Below are positions 1-11,700 of a DNA stretch of 64,000 nt, in pieces. The notes beneath the pieces are model-generated. The model was not told where the DNA came from, did not search any database, and saw nothing but the letters and a program-made list of their open reading frames with translations. Each line of letters starts with the position of its first letter. Position 1 is the first letter of the stretch. Made by a program: the position numbers and the translations under genes. Source of the stretch: a bacterium (lineage in GTDB: Bacteria; Electryoneota; JAOADG01). The DNA is taken from NCBI GenBank assembly GCA_963681965.1, contig OY820579.1:384001-448000 (forward strand), read 5' to 3'.

Positions 1-225
1 GCAATGATCCGGATCGATGCAAAATTGCAGGAATGGAAAGCTCAGAAAGGATTTCGCGCGAATATGCTATTGCAGGTCCATGACGAATTGGTATTCGAAG
101 TACCACCGGAAGAAGTCGATGAATTGTCGACAATGGTTTGTTATGAAATGGAACATGCTTTGGAATTGGATGTTCCGATTGTTGCCGATATCGGAGTGGG
201 TAACAATTGGTTGGAAGCACATTAA
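1..225 (+). CDS. polA: DNA polymerase I, C-terminal fragment (5'-truncated by window)
   Basis: Family A motif C MLLQVHDELVFEV and typical terminus VPIVADIGVGNNWLEAH. Confidence 0.95.
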   Translation, partial: AMIRIDAKLQEWKAQKGFRANMLLQVHDELVFEVPPEEVDELSTMVCYEMEHALELDVPIVADIGVGNNWLEAH

Positions 226-735
226 ATGTCTTCGATACCGCTGCCATTCGCCGATCAGATCAGCGTCTTCATTCCCGACAATTTCGATCATATCGACTCA
301 TATTCAATCAAGGGAAAATCGACGCTCTCGGAATTCATCGCGCGGGGACTGACTTTTCGACCATTTTGGATTAAAGGTCTATTTCGAATTCGAGGCTGGG
401 TTGCCTGGTTGTTGCACCTGAAACACGATGACCGAAAAATTCTAAAAGAACTTCGACCTGAAGATATTTCATTTCAATCGGGTGAATATTTACTTTTCTT
501 CCAGGTGGTAGCCGGTATTCCCGATCGATACTGGATCGGATTAGCCGATGATAGCCATTTATCCGCTTGGTTGATTTTTACTCGTGATGCAGTTGATCAT
601 GGTGGTAACGCTACTTTTGCTACCACAACCATTGTCAAATACAAAAATCATACCGGTCGATTCTACTTTTTTCTGATACACCCGTTTCATCGATTATTAG
701 TACATCATCTTACCCGAAAAGCAGTGTCGATTTAA
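226..735 (+). CDS. DUF2867-family protein
   Basis: Starts right after polA stop; PFWIKGLFRIR, DDSHLS and GRFYFFLIHPFHRLLV resemble the DUF2867 pattern. Confidence 0.75.
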   Translation: MSSIPLPFADQISVFIPDNFDHIDSYSIKGKSTLSEFIARGLTFRPFWIKGLFRIRGWVAWLLHLKHDDRKILKELRPEDISFQSGEYLLFFQVVAGIPDRYWIGLADDSHLSAWLIFTRDAVDHGGNATFATTTIVKYKNHTGRFYFFLIHPFHRLLVHHLTRKAVSI

Positions 736-741
736 ACTCAA

Positions 742-3120
742 CTATTTAATGCTCGCGATTTTCATATCTCGATAGATGTACCGATCTCCCCGATTACTCA
801 CCGTCACAAAATTGGCATTCACTCCACGGTGCTTGGCATTATCGGCATACTCGCGCAACTCATATTCGGAATCGACAGCATGCATCGGAAATACTGCCTT
901 TGGCTGTAGTTGTGCAATCGCATAATCGTTGCCTTTTTTCAACGCTTCCAGATCGGGAAACCCACAACCGCGAATAGGGAAGAACAGTAGATCGACTGAT
1001 CCGAAACGCTGCTTTAAGGTGTCGACATATTGGGTAAATCGGGAGGGGGTGACCCGGCTGGTATCGACGGCATCACCGGTATGGAATATTTTCAAACCAT
1101 CGACTTCGATCAGAAACCCGACCCCCTGATCGATATCGGATTTGATCGGGTAAACCGATAATCCCTTCTCATTGAGAGGTACACCCGGTCGCAACCGAAC
1201 ATATTGCGGCAATGGTTCCGGTTGTCGCCGGTATTCCGGCAACTGTCCCGGATCAACGCCCAGATAATAGGTTGCATTCGGCAACACATTCTGCCAGTTG
1301 AAGATGGCTCGATCCAAATGATCATTGTGTTCGTGACTCGCAAAAATGGCAACCGGTTCCGATTTTAGTTCTTCCGGCACGATGTGACCGTTAACTAGAC
1401 CGGCATTGGTGTGATTCGCGTCGCGTTCCCAGTAATCGATAATCAGAAAATGATTCTTGGTGCGAATTGCCCAACCCGAATGCGCCAGATACCAGATGAT
1501 CGCTTCTTTTTCCCGAAGGGGTTTTGCCAGCAGGGTCGAAGCACTCGCAACAAAGTGCTCTTCAGATTTAGCATGGTTTGTTTCCAACAACCCGGCTACA
1601 TCGGCATGTCCATAGTAACACGCATAATCTCGAGGATACTTTCCAACATTGTCTTTTTGATTGGGATCGGCTCCGCTTGCAAGAAGAAGTTCGGCAATCG
1701 GTTTGTTTCCAGATAGAGCGGCAAGATGAAGCGGCGTCTTGCCGTCTCGAATACATTTCTTCGGGTCGGCACCGGCTCGAAGTAGCTTTTCGACCACCGT
1801 GTTTTTCCGTTGTTGGATCGCAAGCGTCATCGGGGTAGCGCCAGTGGAATCCTCGACACTTACTTTAGCACCAGCAGCAAGTAGTAAATCTACCGTTTCG
1901 AGCGAATCGCCAAAGATAGCAAAGTACAATGGACGATATCCCGACCAGGTAATCTGATTGGGATCTGCTCCGTATTTCAACAACACTGATGTTGTTAGAG
2001 GCGAGATTCTAGCCGCTTGGAAAATTGCCGAAAGCGGCGGATGAACAAGTGCTACATCGTTTCTCCCAGTGATCACTTCCTGTTTTGCTCCGGTTTTCAG
2101 AAGCAATTCCACCATTTCAGCTTTTCCAGTCTGTGCTGCGCAGATTAATGGCGTATATCCTTCCCGGTCACATTCATTAATTCTAGCGCCTCGATCCAAT
2201 AACAGTTGCACTGTTGCGATATGTCCCTGCTCGGCAGCGATATGGAGTGGTGTTCGACTTTCATTCAGCGTCGTATCTAATGGGGTCGCGCCAAGTGATA
2301 GTAACAACGAAATCATGGCAGTGTCGTTATTGAAACAAGCGGTATGCATCGGAGACCAACCACTTCGATTCGCGATACCGGTTACGCGCGCACCTTTTGA
2401 TGAAAGATGCCGAACCATTTCAATTTTCTTCATCCAGACGGCATTGTGGATCGGGTAGGAAAGCGAAGCAGATCGAAAATTCGGGTTAAACCCGCGCGCT
2501 AGTAGAGTATCGACAATTTCAAGATTTCCACCACCCGATGCCAAGACAAATAAGCCATTCGACCGATCTTGCCCCACTGTTACCCTAGCACCGTGATGAA
2601 TTAGATATAAGAATGCATCGCATTTTCCCGAGGCTGCCGCTCGCATCAGTGGAGTCAGTCCGGTAAGCTCGGTCGTATCGATCGAAGCACCATAGTGAAG
2701 CAGCAGTGCACAAATCGTAGTGTCGCCACTCTCGGCAGCATAGTGCAGTGCGGTTCTTCCGGTGACACGATCGGCAAACCGGACATTTGCCCCTTTTTTC
2801 AACAGATACTCAACAATCGTGAGATTATGCAGATTGGCAGCAATATGTAATGGAGAGATCCCTTGATGATCTGTTCCTTCGATATTGGTTCCGCGATCAA
2901 TTAAATCAAGTGCGATCGCGGTTTTATTGTGAGAAACAGCATGAAGCAAAGGGGGATCGTTCAATTCATTGGTTTGTTCCAAGAGGTTCGGTGCTATTTT
3001 AAGTAAAGAATCGATCGCAAGTCGATCTTCGCGCGTGATGGCATCGTGCAGCGGACTCGCAATAACGGAGTTAACCGTTATTATCCCGGCAATAAATATG
3101 AAACCTAACAACCGGAACAT
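742..3120 (-). CDS. Exported ankyrin-repeat protein with C-terminal metallo-beta-lactamase-fold hydrolase
   Basis: Signal peptide; many (G)xTPLHxA ankyrin repeats; HEHNDH (HxHxDH), FHTGD and PMH motifs; GGAGG SD upstream. Confidence 0.9.
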   Translation of the reverse strand: MFRLLGFIFIAGIITVNSVIASPLHDAITREDRLAIDSLLKIAPNLLEQTNELNDPPLLHAVSHNKTAIALDLIDRGTNIEGTDHQGISPLHIAANLHNLTIVEYLLKKGANVRFADRVTGRTALHYAAESGDTTICALLLHYGASIDTTELTGLTPLMRAAASGKCDAFLYLIHHGARVTVGQDRSNGLFVLASGGGNLEIVDTLLARGFNPNFRSASLSYPIHNAVWMKKIEMVRHLSSKGARVTGIANRSGWSPMHTACFNNDTAMISLLLSLGATPLDTTLNESRTPLHIAAEQGHIATVQLLLDRGARINECDREGYTPLICAAQTGKAEMVELLLKTGAKQEVITGRNDVALVHPPLSAIFQAARISPLTTSVLLKYGADPNQITWSGYRPLYFAIFGDSLETVDLLLAAGAKVSVEDSTGATPMTLAIQQRKNTVVEKLLRAGADPKKCIRDGKTPLHLAALSGNKPIAELLLASGADPNQKDNVGKYPRDYACYYGHADVAGLLETNHAKSEEHFVASASTLLAKPLREKEAIIWYLAHSGWAIRTKNHFLIIDYWERDANHTNAGLVNGHIVPEELKSEPVAIFASHEHNDHLDRAIFNWQNVLPNATYYLGVDPGQLPEYRRQPEPLPQYVRLRPGVPLNEKGLSVYPIKSDIDQGVGFLIEVDGLKIFHTGDAVDTSRVTPSRFTQYVDTLKQRFGSVDLLFFPIRGCGFPDLEALKKGNDYAIAQLQPKAVFPMHAVDSEYELREYADNAKHRGVNANFVTVSNRGDRYIYRDMKIASIK

Positions 3121-3736
3121 AAGAACCTCCCGAATCGGATCATGTCAAAATCCTGTGGATAGAGATTTAAATAGACAGGTAAATGAAAAAGGGATCTCTA
3201 AAGAATATTATTCAATCGATTGGGGGGGAAAAGTCATTCATTATCGGCGGCGGACACTTCAACCGGATAATGTGTATCAAATGAGAACAAAAACATTGAT
3301 TTTCTGAATACGCTATTTCACTCTCTCAGAGTGAGCTACTTGTACTCATAATTGAATATTTTATTTGTGATTATGCAAATCTTCATGAAACGTATTCAGC
3401 ATATAAATGCTTTTATTCCTCATCAGTGGTTTACTTCAATATTATTAATACAATTCAAACATATACCTTACTTTTTAATACTTAATTAACTGAGATTATC
3501 TGAGCATATGTTTCACAGAAAAAACAATATGTATAAGGTGTATCCAGCGAATTTCTGCTTTATGCTGTTCAAGGAGTTTGACACACACCTTTGCTTGTGC
3601 ATATTTGAACATTGTTATAAGTATGTGTAATATTAGGTAAATAATTTGCATTACCTGATCGCGGCAAAATGATTCATTTTGCACTTATCGCGATCGGATT
3701 TAGTGTAATGAGAAATCTCTTTCGAAAGGGAATCCC

Positions 3737-6700
3737 GTGAAACTGAGACTGATTCCTCTCGTCGTATTATTCTCGCTACTGCTCACCTTGAGTCTTGCGC
3801 AGGCGGCACCGATCATACGCCTCGCGACATTTCCTGCTGGCGATTCGATATTCTTCGGAAATATCATCGTTAACGAGAACTCGATATCGACATTTACGGT
3901 GGAGAATGTGGGCGATACCTCATCGACGCTCAGTTTTTCGCCGTTATCGGGAGACCTTTCCTATGTTGGCGCGTTACCGACTTCGATCGATTCCGGAGCT
4001 ACGGTCGCTTTTACCGTGCAGTGGTCTCCACTTACGCTCGGTCCGATTGCCATACCGGTTACGATTTCATCCGAAGATCCGGTCACACCGACATACACAA
4101 TCGTTCTTACCGGCATTTGTATCGATAACACAGTGCTGGCGCACGATATGATCCACGATCTCCCGTTTTCGCTCGGTTTTGAAACGGTGTTCGATTCCAT
4201 TAAGGTGGTCAATCTTGCCCGGGTAACGCCGTGCGTAATCACCCAAATAGATCTATTGGTTAATCCCCTCTTGACCGTTCTTGACACTGCCGATATTACC
4301 ATTGCACCGGGCGATTCCGCTTACATTCATCTTCGCTTTCAGTCGATCTTCCGGAACGGACATGTCAACTTTACGCTAAGTTTTACTCATTCTTTCGGTA
4401 CCGAACACATTTTCCTTTCAGCGACCGTCGAAACGCCGCCCAACCAATACTATGTGTACAATACTCACGCCGATGGGATCGGATCGTTGTTACAAGCGAT
4501 TATCGATGCCGATCGAGCCACCGGTACCGATTCCTCGGATTTTCCGCCACCAGTCATCCTGTTCCGGATTCCACTTTCCGATTCCGGATATAGCGCGGCA
4601 CGTGGCGTATTTACGATCAATGCGCCAGTCCTCCCCCCAATTCAGCGCCCGTATCTAACCATTGAAGGATTTTCCCAAGTGGGCTTTACCGGAAATACCA
4701 ACAGTGTCGAGCTGGGAAGCACAACCGTCGGGGAAGGCGATTACACATTTAATCAATTCGATGGTCCGGAAATTGAAATTGTCGGAACCTCACTTTCATC
4801 ACGTGGATTAACGATCGATTCCAACAACGTGACGATCTCCCATATCGCGATTTATGGGTATAGTACCAATATTTATGCGTACCAGACCAGCAACCTGACA
4901 CTAGTGAATTGCGTTATCGGCTCGCCGGCAGACCAGTTCGCACGACCGCCCTCCCCAATTTTTACGGGAATCAATTGTCAGGTCATAAACGTTCCGGATT
5001 TCGCGATTTACCATTGCTTAATCGGTTATGCTGCTGCCTTTAACGTGTTTGTCACGAACTCACCGCGATTGCATATCGAAGATGCGGAAATCGCTTACGC
5101 CAATATGCATGGAATATTCGCGAATTTCTGCGACTCGGTCACCGTCGGTGGTTCCATCATTCGTAACAATAACCAATGCGGTCTTCAATTGAGCAGTTCG
5201 GTTGGCTATCATCAAATCAATTTCAATTCCTTCCTGAATAACTCATATACCGCTATCAAGCTGAGCGGACCGCATAACGCCGTCTCCTACAACAAAGTTT
5301 GGTTCAATGGCGAAGGCATCGTTGCACATGGCGACTTCCCCTCAATACCCGAACAGCGCTCGATCGGCAATTACATCATCTACAATAGTCTGAAAGCTAA
5401 CGCAATCGGTATCGATCTTGCCCGGGATGGAATGGGCGGACCAATGAACGGCGACGGACTGACACCGAACGATTTCGCCGATGCCGACAGCGGTGCCGAT
5501 GCGCTCTTGAATTATCCGGTACTCACTTCCGCCGTTACGGGTGGTGGTAATCTCGAAGTGGCGGGATATTGCCGTCCCGGCTTGCGGATCGATTTGTATC
5601 GCGTCGATCCGAACGACCACAACGACTTTGGTCAGGGGATGGAACATCTGGCGACTGTAATCGAAGGATCGGTGGACGATCACGACTCTTCGACTGCCCT
5701 GTACACCAATCCCGTCAATCGGATCAATCAGGGTACCGACAGTACCAACCGATTTCTCTTCTTCATTCCGTTGACAACGCTTGGTCATCCGCTTTCCATC
5801 GGCGACCGTATCGTTGCCACCGCATACGACCCGATTGCCGGCACCTCGGAATTCTCCGGTTCGATGCAGGTCTACCCATCGTATATCCGCTTCGGTCGAT
5901 TTGTCGAGTACAGTTCGAATAATTCCGGAATTGGAAGTTTGCAGATCAACGATATCGCCACACTTTCCAGCGGAACGCCGTTATCATCGGTGATGGTATA
6001 TGTCGCCACAGCCAATGACGGCTTATATATCCTGAATAAAACCACCAATGTCTGGACGCATTACGACGCATCGACACCCGGCTTCCCGGGCAATAGCCTG
6101 ACCAAGGTAAAAGTCCGGAGCAATGGCGATATCTACGTCGGTACCGCTACTCAGGGTGCTGGCTATTTCAATGCCACCACCGGTATCTGGCAGACTTGGA
6201 ACGAGACGACTAGTGCCCTTCGCGGCAATCATATTTATGATATCCATTGCTATAGTCACGGTTCGGACGAATATGTCGCATTTGCAACCGATACCCATCT
6301 TTGCCTGTTAAACTTGACGACAAATACTTTTACCAACTACAACGATGCCAATTCGAACTTACCTGCTGGCAATTTCTATAGCGTCTATCACGATTATATT
6401 CATCACGAACTGTGGGTCGGCACGTCCTTCGGACCGAGCCGGTCACTCGATAATGGCGTCACTTGGACGCATTATACCCGGGCGAATTCCGGCGTCACCA
6501 GCGATGTGATTTTGTCGTTTACGATCAATGTCGATAATCACAATGAGTTATTGGCAGGTACGCAGGGAGCCGGTCTTGATCGCTATAACCGTCTGACCAA
6601 TACCTGGTCGCGCTATCCAAATATTGGTGCCACTTCGACCGTCGGCGATGTCCTCAGTCTACCCGGCGCAGTATTCGTTGCCGCGTGGAATCAAGGATTG

Positions 6701-8170
6701 TACTCGATCGATTTCGATAGCGTGCGTTATTATAGTTCGGTCGTTCCGGGTCGTCCCCGCGACATTATCAATGCGCTCGATTACGATGGCTTGGATGTCT
6801 GGTTCGGCACTGATGCTGGTTTAGCTTCGACGATGTTACTGGGCTCGACTTCAGGTGGCGGTACTGTCACCACTGGCACGGCTACTGCCGATACCGGGAG
6901 CATCGCGATTGTGCCGGTAACTCTTACTGTAACTCCCAATACGCATATCTTCTCGTTCGATGGTACTTACGACTATTATCCGAGTATCCTGACATTCGAT
7001 CACGTTACTTACGGGAATCTGCTGACCAACTGGACATTGTACATCACCGAACCGTATCCGGGACACTTGGAATGGCATGCTAACGGGATCGATGCAATCT
7101 TTACCGATGGCGCTCTGTTCAATTTAGTTTTCCGGGTGAATGGCAACATTACCGGTCATGGAATTACCAATATTTATCCGCGTTCGGTCACTGCCGGTCG
7201 GGGACAAGTTCTTAGTCACAATGCGCACGGCACGGTGAACTGGGCAGCGAATCCGCCGGTAGTCGACGGTGGTGCCGGCGATCCCACGTTGGACGGCGTA
7301 GTCGATTTACTTGATCTCTATGCGATCCGCAATCATGTCATCTATGGTGGTCGCTACACATTGACCGGAACTGCGCTGGCGAATGCCGACGTAAATCACG
7401 ACGGTCATGTCACACTAGCCGATATGCGTGCGATCTACTATTATCTAATTGCCGGATCGTTTACCCCGCCAGCCCCGGATTCGGGATCGGGAACAACTGG
7501 GTCGGGTACCGTCGACGAAGAGTTGGAGTTGGTTGTACCAATCGATTTCAATAATTTCAATGGCGTCCACAACCTCCAGTTGGAAATCGCCTATCCATCG
7601 GAAACGATCGGTTATTCGACATATTCCAGTCCCTTGCTTGCGCAACACACATTTATCGATGCTGCAGTTACTACACCGGGACGAGTGGCATTTACAATTG
7701 TCGGATTCCAGAACATTGAATCCACCAATGCGGCGTTACGCATTCACTTTAATGGCATCTCCGGGACCGTACCAACCGGAACCCAATTACGGATGCGATA
7801 TCGCTTGAATGACCAAGACTGGAGCAACGAAGTCGTGATACCGACTGGTTCGACTGGTGTGAATAATGGCGAACGGGTGATACCGAGCGCATTCCGACTA
7901 TTGCGGAATTATCCGAATCCATTCAATGCTACTACCGAAATCCGGTATGAAGTACCGACAGTATCGCACATTTCGTTGACAGTGTATGATATGCTGGGAC
8001 GAAAGGTGGCAGAACTGGTTAATCAACAGCAGAGTGCCGGTCGCTACAGTGTGTCGTGGGGTGGGACATCCAATTCAACGACTCATTTATCCAGCGGGAC
8101 GTATTTCGTAGTGATGCGGTCACTCGATAACGGATTTACTTCCACTCAGAAAATTGTATTATTGAAGTAA
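3737..8170 (+). CDS. Large secreted modular protein: Ig-like, beta-helix, beta-propeller, cohesin-like, dockerin, T9SS-type/FlgD-like C-terminal domain
   Basis: Signal peptide ending AQA; beta-helix-like repeats; propeller repeats (IYVGT, LWVGT, VWFGT); paired Ca-loops GDPTLDGVVDLLD / ADVNHDGHVTLAD; NYPNPFN...QKIVLLK. Confidence 0.85.
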   Translation: MKLRLIPLVVLFSLLLTLSLAQAAPIIRLATFPAGDSIFFGNIIVNENSISTFTVENVGDTSSTLSFSPLSGDLSYVGALPTSIDSGATVAFTVQWSPLTLGPIAIPVTISSEDPVTPTYTIVLTGICIDNTVLAHDMIHDLPFSLGFETVFDSIKVVNLARVTPCVITQIDLLVNPLLTVLDTADITIAPGDSAYIHLRFQSIFRNGHVNFTLSFTHSFGTEHIFLSATVETPPNQYYVYNTHADGIGSLLQAIIDADRATGTDSSDFPPPVILFRIPLSDSGYSAARGVFTINAPVLPPIQRPYLTIEGFSQVGFTGNTNSVELGSTTVGEGDYTFNQFDGPEIEIVGTSLSSRGLTIDSNNVTISHIAIYGYSTNIYAYQTSNLTLVNCVIGSPADQFARPPSPIFTGINCQVINVPDFAIYHCLIGYAAAFNVFVTNSPRLHIEDAEIAYANMHGIFANFCDSVTVGGSIIRNNNQCGLQLSSSVGYHQINFNSFLNNSYTAIKLSGPHNAVSYNKVWFNGEGIVAHGDFPSIPEQRSIGNYIIYNSLKANAIGIDLARDGMGGPMNGDGLTPNDFADADSGADALLNYPVLTSAVTGGGNLEVAGYCRPGLRIDLYRVDPNDHNDFGQGMEHLATVIEGSVDDHDSSTALYTNPVNRINQGTDSTNRFLFFIPLTTLGHPLSIGDRIVATAYDPIAGTSEFSGSMQVYPSYIRFGRFVEYSSNNSGIGSLQINDIATLSSGTPLSSVMVYVATANDGLYILNKTTNVWTHYDASTPGFPGNSLTKVKVRSNGDIYVGTATQGAGYFNATTGIWQTWNETTSALRGNHIYDIHCYSHGSDEYVAFATDTHLCLLNLTTNTFTNYNDANSNLPAGNFYSVYHDYIHHELWVGTSFGPSRSLDNGVTWTHYTRANSGVTSDVILSFTINVDNHNELLAGTQGAGLDRYNRLTNTWSRYPNIGATSTVGDVLSLPGAVFVAAWNQGLYSIDFDSVRYYSSVVPGRPRDIINALDYDGLDVWFGTDAGLASTMLLGSTSGGGTVTTGTATADTGSIAIVPVTLTVTPNTHIFSFDGTYDYYPSILTFDHVTYGNLLTNWTLYITEPYPGHLEWHANGIDAIFTDGALFNLVFRVNGNITGHGITNIYPRSVTAGRGQVLSHNAHGTVNWAANPPVVDGGAGDPTLDGVVDLLDLYAIRNHVIYGGRYTLTGTALANADVNHDGHVTLADMRAIYYYLIAGSFTPPAPDSGSGTTGSGTVDEELELVVPIDFNNFNGVHNLQLEIAYPSETIGYSTYSSPLLAQHTFIDAAVTTPGRVAFTIVGFQNIESTNAALRIHFNGISGTVPTGTQLRMRYRLNDQDWSNEVVIPTGSTGVNNGERVIPSAFRLLRNYPNPFNATTEIRYEVPTVSHISLTVYDMLGRKVAELVNQQQSAGRYSVSWGGTSNSTTHLSSGTYFVVMRSLDNGFTSTQKIVLLK

Positions 8171-8192
8171 CCAAAATAAATGTCCATCCAAT

Positions 8193-8224
8193 GACGGGGC
8201 ACCAAACGGTGTCCCGTTTTTTTG
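8193..8224 (+). terminator. Intrinsic terminator
   Basis: GACGGGGCACC-AAAC-GGTGTCCCGTT hairpin followed by T tract just after the CDS stop. Confidence 0.8.
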
Positions 8225-8263
8225 TTTTCTGTCCAAACGGTAGTAATTCTCGAATTCGGGTAT

Positions 8264-8378
8264 TATAGTGGTTCTTGAAAATAAGTTGTCATGATTCGGT
8301 GTCAGGCTTCGCCTGACCTGCGGACGCAGGGGTCAGCCCATACTACCGATAATAACTTATTTTCAAGTGATACTTTAG
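8264..8378 (+). mobile_element. MITE copy 1 (REP-carrying)
   Basis: Imperfect TIRs TATAGTGGTTCTTGAAAATAAGTTGTCAT / ATAATAACTTATTTTCAAGTGATACTTTA; similar copies at 30891, 48360, 58781. Confidence 0.85.
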
Positions 8379-8481
8379 TCGAGGCAAAGAGCAGAGGTAC
8401 GATGACTGGATTTTTACCAGCGGATTTCTATTGGAGATTTCAGATCGATTAATACTGGAAATCCGAATGAATTATATGTTA

Positions 8482-8508
8482 CGCCTGACACGCGGGGATC
8501 CGCCCAAC
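8482..8508. repeat. Collapsed remnant of the MITE-internal REP pair
   Basis: CGCCTGAC-ACGCGGGGATCCGCCC joins halves of the two hairpins seen inside the MITE. Confidence 0.5.
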
Positions 8509-8660
8509 TTACTGAGAACTACTGGTTACTTTTGACCACCACTTTTTCTGATCAGTCATTCCAATTGATTCGACTTTAATCTGCATGTAATCGGTGGCTT
8601 AATTCAACTTCACTGTTTCTTGCAATCTTTAAAATCGATTCCCCTCATCTTAAAATTGAA

Positions 8661-8686
8661 ACAAGGCGCGTTTTCACGCGCCTTGT
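8661..8686 (-). terminator. Intrinsic terminator
   Basis: ACAAGGCGCG-TTTTCA-CGCGCCTTGT perfect stem downstream of the minus-strand CDS, T-rich tail on minus. Confidence 0.75.
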
Positions 8687-8714
8687 CATACTGAATCGAA
8701 TCAGCGATCGAATT

Positions 8715-11700
8715 TTACTTCCGATACTGATTTACCGGTTTCGCCGGAGTGATCTTGACGGTTGTTGGTAAATCCACCGATCGAATTGAACTACTTGATT
8801 CGGTAGAATAATAGGCTTTCACACGGTAATAGTAACTACCGGTAACACCGAGATCTTGATACGTAGTCGTCATTGGATCGGAGATTGTAGCAATCAAGGT
8901 TCCCACAGTAGGTGGATCGAAATATCCAGTCAGGTTCCGGTATACGACATAACCAGTGATACTTCCGGTCGGACGGACCCAAGTAATTGTTGCATTGTGG
9001 TTGTCGACATCGTAAGCAATCACCACCGTTGGACTACCGGGTAGAATGTAAGATGAACCGGATACAGCAATCGATGTCGGGCTGGATGCCGCATTCGAGG
9101 TAATCACTACGTTACCGGATAGACTACCCTCCACGATAGGCGTCCAAGTTAACAATAATGCAAGTGAATCACCAGCATTGATTGTATTCGATGTCCAACT
9201 GGGTACGACGTTTTCCGGAACAGTCACATTTGTTACCACCAATGGTAACGATCCGGTACTGCGAACGTACACAGTTTGACTCGCCGCAATATTCGCCTGA
9301 CTCGATCCAAAATTGATCGAAGAGGTACTAACGGCAATATTCGGAACGCCGCGATAGTATTCGATCGCAAAGTTGTTACCCGGCCATGTCATAGTGGTTG
9401 CACTGCCATATTGCAAGAAATTGGTTCCTGCCGTTGCTCCTTGAATACCGATCGTTGCCGACAATACTGTGGTTGATGGTATGTAGGTCCGATACTGTAC
9501 TACGATTCTGCCGGTGTTGTAGATCAGAGCCTGCATTGCAATCGTATCTGCCGGAACATTATACCGATACGCATAGTAGGAAACAACAAAAAGAGAATCG
9601 GAGAAATTCTGCGATTTGATCCAGAAATCCGTACCGTACGTCGGCGGTGGTGTTGTATTACCGTATTTCAAATCGTCCCACAACAGACAAATCGCGCCAG
9701 CATTCAATGTGGAATTGGGAAGAGCCGCATTCGTTAAAGAAGTAGATCCCGTCGATCCGATCTGGATATTTCCATTCGTGCTGGCAAAGATCGATCCTGA
9801 GACCGTGGAACCGTAAAACGGGAAGGTGAACGTGCCTAACGAAATTGCGCCGCCATTATCGTCGTAGGTTGACATACCGGTCAACAGGGTTCCCGTCGCT
9901 GCGATATCGCGCCATGCGAATACCGGACCGCCAACAGCCAGACTCGTCCGGTAATAATAGTTCGATCCGTCGGGTCCACTCGTCTGTGCAGGCACAACCA
10001 AAGGTCCACTGACCGTCCCAATGGTGGGATATCGGAGTGGTGTCGCTGCAATTCCAAGCGAATAATATGCCTGGCAGAAATAAGTAATCGTTCCCATCGT
10101 AGTAAAGGAATTGGAATACGTGTACGTTGCGGTACCCGGCAGCGATCCGCTTGCATACGACATCATTGCAAGGGCAGAACCGTTGGTTGATATTTTCACG
10201 GAATCGATCGTTACCGCTTGTGTCGATGTCAGATCGATTGTGAATGTAACAGGTACACCGGAACTAACTATTGCTGGGTTTGCAGTTGGGTTTGCCATTG
10301 CTGCCGCATGCCCGGTTATTCCATTTGCCGAAGTGTATCCGGGACCTACAACCAACCCATGCAATTCGTATACTCGATACCAGTAATGAGTCGTTACCGG
10401 TAACCCTTCGTCAAGATAGGTATTCGCATTCACATCGAGGTTGGCAAGTAGGGTATAGTTAATTCCGTCGGTCGAACGCATGACCCGATATCCGGTCTCA
10501 TCGGTGGCGATATCTGTCCAGTTGAAACGCATCGAATTGAAAGTGATGTCGGAAATATTTCCATCGGTCGGTGCCGATGGATCATTAATACCGAATATCC
10601 CTTCATCGGCACCAATATCCGGTGTAGCACTGCGGCTCTCTCCATCGAGATCGGTGGTTACCCACGCAATCGACTGCCCGGCATTGCTGACTGGCGTCAG
10701 CATATTATCGGCAATGTGTAATTCCGCTGGTGAGCCAATACTAGCAAATTGAGGATCACCGAAACTCGATGCCTGATCCATACTGGTGTTGTTTTGCCAA
10801 TCAGTCAATTCGGCACAATCCGAGGTATAATATCCCACATATCCATTCGCATTGTCCGGAATGTAGAAGACATTATTGTCGGACGACGTGATTGTAGACG
10901 AACTTCGATACACACCGTAATGCTTCGCCGTTGTCGGTGTACTGGAAGCATTGTAGAAAATATTGTTACGCATATTGATCGATGTGCCGCTGCTCAAGTA
11001 AACACAAGCGCTGTTGTACAAATCGTTGTTCGGATTAGTCGCGTCGATCAAATAGCTGTTGTTGTCAAGGTTGAGCGTACTGACACTGGATACATAGGTT
11101 CCGTAAATATAAAACGAGGCAATTGAACCGGCATTCGCGGATGTGGATTTTAGACCATAAATCATGTTGTTGTAAATCCGTAGATCCGTTAACGCAGTTC
11201 CTGCCGAAATATACATTCCATACTTGGCGTATCTCGTGGTTGAAGTACTGTAACTGGTGTTGTTGTAAATTCGGTTCCCGTATACTTTCGGTGAACCGCC
11301 TTGCGTACTGATGTACAAATCATAACTAGCAAGATTAGCGTTGTGATTTGTAATATCGAGATCGTGGATGGTCAAGTTTTCTTGATTGTACATATAGACC
11401 GCGTAAGTACCAATGATCGAATCTTGACCGATAACCATACGGTCGGGATTGTTCGTGCCAGCAACAGTACTACCAATATCGGTTTCGAAATCTCGGTAAG
11501 TCGAACTGGTCTGATAGAAGTACATACCGTAATAACACTTCCCGATCTTCAGATTCAAGTATTTATTGTAGCTCTGTGCACCGGCTAATCCCGATGGCGT
11601 CGAAGTATAATATTGACGGATGCCATAGGTCGTCGACTGCGCGCGAAGCGTAATTGAACAATTCTTAAACGTATTGTGTTGCGCACCATCCAATACACCG

